From Picochlorum sp. SENEW3 (taxonomy: Eukaryota): DNA of 64,000 nucleotides. The stretch spans positions 248,001-312,000 of the forward strand of contig CP120458.1 of assembly GCA_034226945.1 (NCBI GenBank). Reading direction: 5' to 3'. The position numbers were made by a program, and so were the translations under genes. Below the pieces are notes generated by a model. The model did no database searches and was not told the origin of the DNA. It saw only the letters and a program-made list of their open reading frames with translations. Positions 56,343 through 64,000 of the stretch are shown here, one piece after another (within the stretch, counting starts at the first letter, position 1; every line of letters begins with the position of its first letter).

Positions 56343-57758
56343 ATGGAAGGGCAAGGCAGGAGGGGTCTTCTTCTGGAGATTATTCTGGTTTTAGTTGTGA
56401 GTAGCTCTGTATATGCTTTTGAGAGAGTTGAGACGTCAAGTTCTGCGTGCTCTGTACAAGAACCTCCGCCGGTGACCCCTCTGGAGAGCGTATCCTGTTC
56501 AGGGAGTGAGGAGGCGACCATTGAGGAGGCCAAAGATGGGGCTTGGAGGTTTGCACCGGTGGTGAAATTCCATCCATTGGAACGGTATAATTTGCAAGAT
56601 ATTTCTGCATGGTATAATGCCTCGGTATTTGTGGGAGCAGATGGGTCAGGGGATCCAAATGTCAAACAGGGGTACAGAACTTTGAGAACAGGGGCAGCCA
56701 TGTCTGATGAGGAACGAGAGGCGTTGATTTCGGGGGCACCGTTTGATGCGAATGGTCATAGTACTGCTGATATATATTACACAGTGAGTGATTATGATGA
56801 CGGTCGATTCTGGTTGTATAACTTTGACCTCTTTTTTTCCTGGAATGGATGTTCAAATCAAGAGCTGGTGTTTGATAGCACAGCGCTGAAATACATCATG
56901 TGCCCAGCAGGGGAGCACGAAGGTGATTTGGAACGTCTTTCTGTTCTTGTTTGCAAGTCGGATTACAGGATTGCGAGGATTGGGTATAATCAGCATGGTT
57001 GGTCAGAAGTCAGAGATTGCGATGCAGGAAACTGCCCTGTGGATGCAGGTACAGGGAATCCTGTGGTGTATTCAGCACTTGAATCTCATAGTTTATATCC
57101 AGAAAACAATGGATTTCACGTATATTATGCATTTGGCCCCATTTATATTGGCGATAGGACTGGAGATGATGCAGAGAAAATGTTTGTGCCCCGTGCGGAC
57201 AATGTTGTATATTTGCCACCTCTAGCAGAGATTGAAGCAACAAATGGATGGGAATGGGCGAAATTCTCAGGTAACTGGGGCTCCCTCTTATCTCCATATC
57301 CTACAATGCTGTATTGCTTATCAGATGATGGTCGTACTCTGTTTGACAATATATGTGAGGATACAAGTGCCTCGCAGTTGATCACATCTGTGTCATCGAG
57401 CATCGGCCTTGCCAATCCTGCGGATGAACAGTTCATGCATGGACCCCTGTTCCGCCCATCTAATTTTCAAATCAAAGGGACGGAGGTGGCGCCAATTGTG
57501 GAGAGCGGAATCACAATGCTGACTTGTGCTGATGATGTGGCAGCTGCAGCAAGATCAAATCTGATGAATGAATCTGCACAGATTCCTCCGGCTGAAGAGG
57601 CTGTGGCAGAAGAAATCCCTCGTGAACAAATTACAGAGAATAGCGAGATGAATGAAACAGTCGTGGCAGCTCCACCCCCCAGGCCTTCCTCTGGGTTTGC
57701 TGCATATCCCCTTATATGGTCTCTTTCTCTATTGTTTTCTCTCCTGAATTGCTTTTGA
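56343..57758 (+). CDS. Vps62-like domain secreted protein with probable GPI-anchor signal
   Basis: Signal peptide; FAPVVKFHPLE, HEGDLE, PVVYSALESHSLYP and FSGNWG; C-terminal SSG followed by a hydrophobic tail. Confidence 0.8.
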   Translation: MEGQGRRGLLLEIILVLVVSSSVYAFERVETSSSACSVQEPPPVTPLESVSCSGSEEATIEEAKDGAWRFAPVVKFHPLERYNLQDISAWYNASVFVGADGSGDPNVKQGYRTLRTGAAMSDEEREALISGAPFDANGHSTADIYYTVSDYDDGRFWLYNFDLFFSWNGCSNQELVFDSTALKYIMCPAGEHEGDLERLSVLVCKSDYRIARIGYNQHGWSEVRDCDAGNCPVDAGTGNPVVYSALESHSLYPENNGFHVYYAFGPIYIGDRTGDDAEKMFVPRADNVVYLPPLAEIEATNGWEWAKFSGNWGSLLSPYPTMLYCLSDDGRTLFDNICEDTSASQLITSVSSSIGLANPADEQFMHGPLFRPSNFQIKGTEVAPIVESGITMLTCADDVAAAARSNLMNESAQIPPAEEAVAEEIPREQITENSEMNETVVAAPPPRPSSGFAAYPLIWSLSLLFSLLNCF

Positions 57759-57803
57759 GTTACATGTCTGGCAGTCAAAACTATTTTTCATCTTCAAATG
57801 GCA

Positions 57804-59465
57804 TCATGCAACAATTTTAGCGACTTTTTTCTTCCCATGGGCATCTAGATGTGATGAGTTGGTTGTCTCCCCGTCTCCATCGTCCCACCTGGGCGTCTTG
57901 CGCAATGTGGGTGCTGGAGTCATCATGGCCTCCTCTGTCGGCGGCAATGATTGTTTTTCGTCAACTGTAAGAACCTTGCGGCTCTCTGCAAAGTACTGAT
58001 TCGGGTGATTTATTCCTGTATCACAGGAACAGCCCATTTTACCTTCCCATACAGTTGCACATGCCAGTTGATAGTGGCCTTGTGTTGCCTTTTTCACAGC
58101 TTCGTCAACCTTTGAGGCAGACAGATCTAATCTCGACAAACTCTGACGCAACAATTCCTCGCCCATCACTCTATACGGACATCCATGAACCTGTCCAGGT
58201 CCAGGCATGGCATTGATTATTTTCAAACAAGAATGAGGGGTATAATCTTGCCTTTTTCCCTCCTTGCCATAGTTATGCCTAATGTTGTACAGATATTGCT
58301 TATCAAATTTATCACCTGGGGCAACAGGAGCCATTTCTGTTCTCCAAAAACGGATGGCTTCTTCCATCGGTAACCCAATGCCCTTGAGAAACAAACCAAG
58401 TTGCTGTCTCCCAGTATGCTTGAGATGATGCTGTGTTCTCAATGAATCCATCATCACAGACATACAAAGAGGAAAGGATTCCTTCTGTAGCCGGGGCAGC
58501 ATGGAAGCGTTAATGCTTTCTTCGGATCCCCCGGATGACTTGACACCATTATAGTCTGGCCCAAGGTATCGTTCACTCAGACCTGACACCAAAGGCACTA
58601 GACGCTCCTTTTCTTCACCAGCAGAAAAGGCACTCCATTGTCTCGAGAGCAATGCCAAATGCTTGGAGAGATGAGATCGAAATGGAGCCATGACAAGGGA
58701 TCCAATTTGGTCCCGTGAGACGTATGCAAAACCCTCCCTCAGATATACTCGTCTCATGGCAACCAAATCAGGCACTTTTTCAAAGCCCACCTTGTAAAAC
58801 GATTCGTGTGCTCCTGACGACGAGAAGAGTGATTGTACTTGAGCCACTGAATTCGTTATAGATTGCAATGTAGCCTTCAAACACTCTTGCACGTCTTCAA
58901 ATTCCGCCCTCGTGAGCACCTGAACAGGCAGGCCATGCTGCTCAATGAATGCCCTCTGATCTGATGACAGCATATCTTTGAAACGAGCCCTGAACAGCTC
59001 GCACTCCTGATTCAAAAACCATTTCCTCTTATCTTCAGTCTGGCAAAATGCCAAACGCAGCACATAATGCGATGCCACGTCCTTTCGCATCGTGGACTCC
59101 TTTGTTGCATCCTTCAAGTGCACCTGCGCCAGCTTGACAATCCTGTCCAACAATTCATCTCCTTTATAGTTCCTTGCCTTCAAATCCTCAATCCCTCGCA
59201 ACACTGTAGAACATGGAAAAATTATTGTCGACGATAGACCACACACATCGCATACTATACCAGAACACCTACCATGCAGCCGATCCACTGCAAACCTCTC
59301 AAACTCCTCCAGGGAAATATCCCCATCTGGAGCCTCATCATACATTGACACCATCATCACCCGACCATTCTGCTGAGCAGATGAAAGAGATCCTGAAATC
59401 TCCTTACTCACAGCGATAGCTTTATCATGGCTGTTCAGAATCCTGTTCGCCTTCACCCAAGACAT
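57804..59465 (-). CDS. PRIM2: DNA primase large subunit; intron 59272-59204
   Basis: ISLEEFERFAVDRL, KDVASHYVLRLAFC, SFPLCM, YNIRHNYGKEGKR, HGCPY and NHPNQYF (Fe-S cysteines present). Confidence 0.95.
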   Translation of the reverse strand: MSWVKANRILNSHDKAIAVSKEISGSLSSAQQNGRVMMVSMYDEAPDGDISLEEFERFAVDRLHGRCSGIVCDVCGLSSTIIFPCSTVLRGIEDLKARNYKGDELLDRIVKLAQVHLKDATKESTMRKDVASHYVLRLAFCQTEDKRKWFLNQECELFRARFKDMLSSDQRAFIEQHGLPVQVLTRAEFEDVQECLKATLQSITNSVAQVQSLFSSSGAHESFYKVGFEKVPDLVAMRRVYLREGFAYVSRDQIGSLVMAPFRSHLSKHLALLSRQWSAFSAGEEKERLVPLVSGLSERYLGPDYNGVKSSGGSEESINASMLPRLQKESFPLCMSVMMDSLRTQHHLKHTGRQQLGLFLKGIGLPMEEAIRFWRTEMAPVAPGDKFDKQYLYNIRHNYGKEGKRQDYTPHSCLKIINAMPGPGQVHGCPYRVMGEELLRQSLSRLDLSASKVDEAVKKATQGHYQLACATVWEGKMGCSCDTGINHPNQYFAESRKVLTVDEKQSLPPTEEAMMTPAPTLRKTPRWDDGDGETTNSSHLDAHGKKKVAKIVA

Positions 59466-59807
59466 GGCTACTGTTGTTATCACCCGTTCAATCTAGCTCA
59501 GTGCCAATCAGATACTGCCGAATAATACCACCAATCTCCTTAAATCAGTGAATGATAGAGATTCGAGAAGTTCTAAACCACCGCTGCTGCGCTGTACCAG
59601 ATTTTGGCGGAAACAACGGACGATTGGTCAATTGGCAGATGCTGTTTGTTGTTGGAATGGAGTATTCTTACAACAACAAAACAATAATAACAATATTAAT
59701 ATGCCGATAGCGTCGGCAAACCAAACCAAGATCAAGAATACACATGCTGCAACGAGATGAGACGCTCTCGTGTAGAGAAAAATTCAAAAATACCCTAGAT
59801 GTTTTCA

Positions 59808-60422
59808 TTAGGGTATTATCTGGTCCTTGGAATAATCATCCACCAAGCGAGTCAATGCCTCAATCTTTGCATCCTTGAGCCGTATCATCTCCTCTTGCTT
59901 TGCACATTTCAGCTCAAGAACCCGAATCACGTCGTGTAGCTCGTCCATCACTCTGCCATCATGGTCTTCAGACTGCCCTCTTCTCTCTGCTGCTGGAATG
60001 TGGGACACCATTCCCTTCTTCTCATCCATTTGAGTAGGACACATATTCTCATCACTCCCATGGCCTGCTGATAGTCTATACAACGTATTCCTCAACAACT
60101 TGAGCACCCTCTCCACGCACCCAACCTCGCAGGATACAACAGATCGCATTGTCTCCACAGACAACTTCATCCCAATATTCTTAAGTACTTTATCATTTAA
60201 TGTCCTCCAATTTTCCATCTTCTGCTTCGAATTACTGGTAGGACTGTAATTGTGCAGGTCAACTAATTTCGGTTGGTAGTAATGAATAATATCTGCCACA
60301 CACACAGCATCACTGAAATCCCTGGTGATATTCTTCTTCTGTTTAGAAAGTGGTATGCTATCTACCCATACGTAAATCTCACCGAGCTCATCTTCGTCGC
60401 GAATGTCTGGTAACAATCCCAT
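59808..60422 (-). CDS. SPEF1: SPEF1/CLAMP-like microtubule-binding CH-domain protein
   Basis: WVDSIPLSKQKKNITRDFSD, PKLVDLHNYSP and NWRTLNDKVL; C-terminal coiled coil LELKCAKQEEMIRLKDAKIE. Confidence 0.88.
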   Translation of the reverse strand: MGLLPDIRDEDELGEIYVWVDSIPLSKQKKNITRDFSDAVCVADIIHYYQPKLVDLHNYSPTSNSKQKMENWRTLNDKVLKNIGMKLSVETMRSVVSCEVGCVERVLKLLRNTLYRLSAGHGSDENMCPTQMDEKKGMVSHIPAAERRGQSEDHDGRVMDELHDVIRVLELKCAKQEEMIRLKDAKIEALTRLVDDYSKDQIIP

Positions 60423-60879
60423 TCTTTCCCTTTCCGCGTTACTCTTTTTCTGTATGGGTCTGGATACGATTTACATTGACAATATATACATATATGCACC
60501 GTATTTGGTTTGGATGTGAGCAGAGGATGGAGGAAGGAATACTCGAGTTTGGGCATTTGTCCTTCCCATCGACAGCCTCTGTTTGAAGGGCTCTGCAATC
60601 GTTTTTTTGTGTCTCACTCATGCAATCGCATGGGTCTTTTCAGTGGTCTCTTTGTAGCTCTTCTGTAGAGTGAATTATCATTATTCATCTTCTATTCTAG
60701 TGAAATATCGAATACCAGAGATAATACTGTATCGGAAGCGCGGTAGAGTTTGTACCGTGGCTTTGCGATTGAATCGCAAGCATCATCCTTACAACGGTCA
60801 CCAAGCATCACAAAGGAACGGGGGTAATTGAGCGACTGCTGTGGATATTAATAAATCTTTTTCCTTACATCGGCAGAAT

Positions 60880-62384
60880 ATGGAGGTCTCAGAGACCGTG
60901 GAAAGCAATTGGGGTCGGGCGAATGGCAGTCAGAATGGGCTGACCGTGGCAGTTCAGAATCGACATGCTTCACAGATTGCACGCGTCAATTATCGACAAG
61001 ATATGACATCCAATAGAGATGCGAATATGCAGTTTTCGATTCACATGACGCTTGCCAATCAAGGTGCGACCAGCGCTGTGGACGTTAGAGTGAGGCGGGA
61101 CTTGGGGTCCCCAACGGAACCGCTGAATTCGCGCATCGGGCATGCAGAGAACTCGCGTATTGTAGATGTTAAAGAGGAACCTGTTAGTGATGACGAGGTG
61201 AACTACATGGGTGCAGGAGAAGGGCCAACAGAGAGGGATTTCCATCATGCAGGCAGGCGGGGAAATGTGCACCAGACACCCCAGGAGGCCCCGCCTCAAC
61301 GAGGAGTGATTGATTCCAATAGTACCAATCATCCAATTCCTCCTGTGGTAGCCAATCGGAGGGAAGAAAATCCCGAGCCACGCGAAGAAGATATTCCATT
61401 AGTATGTGTACAATTTTGCATGAGGTGTGTTCTGATGGTATTTAAAAATCTCGTCTCCTGAACTGTGCAGGCCGATATTCAACGTGCAATTCTCCACATA
61501 ATTTCAGGAAACATATATGATGGCGTTTATGTGAGCAATACAATGATTTTTAGAATGATGCAATCGGCATGTCCTCATATATCTCCACAGCATGTAGAGC
61601 TCCAGGACTCGCTCTCAGAAAGGGTACGCGCCTTCCACGTTGAGTCTTCTCATGTGAAAAATCTGTATTCTTGAAACAAGTTTACTACTACGCGCAGATA
61701 CAATATTTGGTGCGGGAAAAAGTACGCCGTGGCCTTTCAAGGGAATTTACCAAAGCGTTTCTCAACGTATATCAGTATGAGTATGGTGAACAAAATGTCC
61801 ATCTTGATGGCAGGAAAAAAGTGTACATCAGTCAAGCATTACGTGAAAGACTTATAGAAGGTATGTATATGTGTTTTATATGTATCAGGTGGCAGCCTAT
61901 GCCAAACAATACATGTGCGAGGTGTGCAGGGGAAAACCAAGGGAGACCATCGTACAGATACTGGGGTGGCGATCCATATGGGAATCCCATATTCAGACGA
62001 CTTTTATTTGCGCTTCAAGATGCTCATCTACAGGTATTCGGCTTTAACAGGCAGGACTTTCCAAATTTGAGATACACCCAAGACATCAATGAAGGTATCA
62101 GAACCATCCCCCCAGCAATTCTGGCATTCTATGTCTGCAAGGTACGCGGATGCAAGACGTTGCTTGATCCACCTGCGTCAACAGAAGTTTAATTATGTAT
62201 ATTAAGGAGAGATCTATCAATCTCACTCACACATGTCTATACACACGTGCAGTTTGAATGCCTTCTTTCACCCGAAATATCCAGCATGCAGAGCTGGTAT
62301 ACACAGGTGCTTAAGGTGGTCAGCAGACGCACGAGTGCATACGTCAGATTTCCTATCAATTACGAGCAGGCTTTCAGGCCCTAA
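60880..62384 (+). CDS. Five-exon gene of unknown function
   Basis: Canonical GT-AG introns at about 61402-61470, 61624-61697, 61861-61929 and 62142-62252 join five segments in frame to TAA at 62382-62384. No recognisable motif. Confidence 0.6.
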
Positions 62385-62596
62385 AGTTCATGGGGCCATG
62401 CTGAGCAAATATGCTTTGGATGCAAACCAGCTATATACCTACGGGACGAGTGCTCTTGTGAGTCACAGGAGAGAGAAGAAAGAAAGATCCTAGTCGTCTT
62501 GCCAGGATCAAGATGGCCCCTCATGCTGTCCAGTCCCACACAAGCATAATAATATTCTTTTCATGTAAGAATACCTGAATGTTATAGAACAATACC

Positions 62597-63842
62597 ATGG
62601 TACCATACAATGCACGCACATGGAATGGGTCGTGCATCCCTGTCCATGTTGCAGGGGTCTCCTCTCCCAGTCTGAGACATAGATTCAACAGTATTTCACA
62701 TACAAGTACATCATATAGCAGTAGTAGGCTTATTGTGAGGGCAGAGAAACGCCCGTCGTCGAGAAAGACTCGTCAAGTTTCGGGTAAAAGGGATTCGGGC
62801 TTCTTTGCCGATGTGGATCCGAATGGTGCGTTGTTATGCACATATCTGCATTATATAGTTCAATACTGAACGATTTCTATGCGCAGCGACGATATATCCG
62901 GTGAAGGGAAGCTTGAAACAAGACCCAACCAAACGAGGTGGGAGGTGGGAGAGCGATTTTGTATGGAATAGCAATTGGAAGGAGGCTATGGAGTATGATG
63001 ATGCGATACGAGAGAGTAATAATGCCAGGCAGAAGAAGACTGAGGAGAAGGAGGAGTCGAGCAAGGGCAAATTGTCTTTGGTGCAGGCCAAGAAGGACTT
63101 GAATGATGTCAATGTGGATCTGTCTGATCAGCTGCGGCAACGTAAAAGGGATGACGATGAGAAGAACAATTCTAATGTGATCATTCAGGTAGAGAAAAAG
63201 CCTCGAAGGAGTTCGGGTGATGCAAAGATGACGCAGAGGGAGGGGCGTGCATGGCGTCGCAGTGACAGATATGCCATCAGAGGAGGATCAGGGACACGTG
63301 CAGGCGAGGAGGAAGAGAAGGAAAAGGCACGAGAGATTGAGCGAGAACGATATGACCAGTTGAAGAGAGAACTTCAGTTGTGGAGCGTGGGGCTGACTGC
63401 TGTGTGCTTTGGATGCACTGTTGCATTTTATGGAAGAGATGTGGGAGCAAGCTATGGCATTGGAGCTCTGGGAGGGCTCTTATATCTGAGATCTTTGTCT
63501 CGAAGTGTGGATTCGTTTGGAGTGGGTGGCGTGGGAGGAGGCCCTCGCTTGCTGATACCAGTCATCCTTGCCTTGGGGTACAACAGGTACAACACATTGG
63601 TTGCAGAGCAATCAGGCCTGTACCTGCAATTGCTCCCCATGCTGGCAGGATTCTTCACATACAAGGGAGCCGTCATTGCCAGACAGAGCAAAGCATTGTT
63701 TGACGAGTATACAGGCAAAATACAGCAATGGGATGATGATGACATGGATGATGACATGTCTGACCAAGACAGAGAGCACAAGCAAGAGAGTGTTGCCAGC
63801 GTGGATAGAGCCTTCTCTCGCACCATGCTGACCAAATACTGA
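62597..63842 (+). CDS. CGL160: CGL160-like chloroplast ATP synthase assembly factor (Atp1/UncI domain); intron about 62827-62887
   Basis: Transit peptide (LIVRA); WESDFVW; RYDQLKRELQLWSVG...ASYGIGALGGLLYLRSLSRSVD...PRLLIPV...GFFTYK. Confidence 0.85.
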
Positions 63843-64000
63843 TTGATTGATAATAATAGTAGTACGATGCATATAGCCAATGCATCATCATCATCATCAT
63901 TATAGAATTGTGTTGATTTTTAAAAAAGAAACATGTATCCTTACATACAATGCCAAACCAATTGGACGAGTACCAAATCCACATCAGTTTTGGTTTGCAA

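Noticed and set aside
59204..59272. Apparent 23-aa Cys-rich insertion in primase (and a similar one at 48339-48407)
   Set aside because: These are ordinary 69-nt stop-free GT-AG introns read through by the ORF finder.

Overview
This is gene-dense nuclear DNA of a unicellular green alga: short GT-AG introns (mostly 60-110 nt), intergenic gaps often under 150 bp, LHCB4/CP29 and CGL160. A compact trebouxiophyte such as Picochlorum is my inference and is not verified. I support about 35 protein-coding genes and one tRNA-Ile(AAT). I found no rRNA, CRISPR array or clear transposase. Most interesting: (1) a SYP1-type syntaxin with two duplicated alternative last exons, each encoding the C-terminal half of the SNARE motif plus a transmembrane anchor, lying head-to-head with alpha-SNAP; (2) a five-exon gene fusing an SR-type Arg/Ser domain to two SpoVS (Alba-like) domains; (3) a CASTOR/POLLUX-family channel missed by the ORF track; (4) a tandem sulfotransferase pair, one active-looking and one probably inactive; (5) a PH-RCC1-BRX protein with no FYVE finger; (6) three otherwise intact genes with single disabling lesions (a palindromic 13-nt insertion, an internal deletion/frameshift, and a TGA inside a signal peptide). 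All family calls come from motif recognition by eye; no database searches were run.
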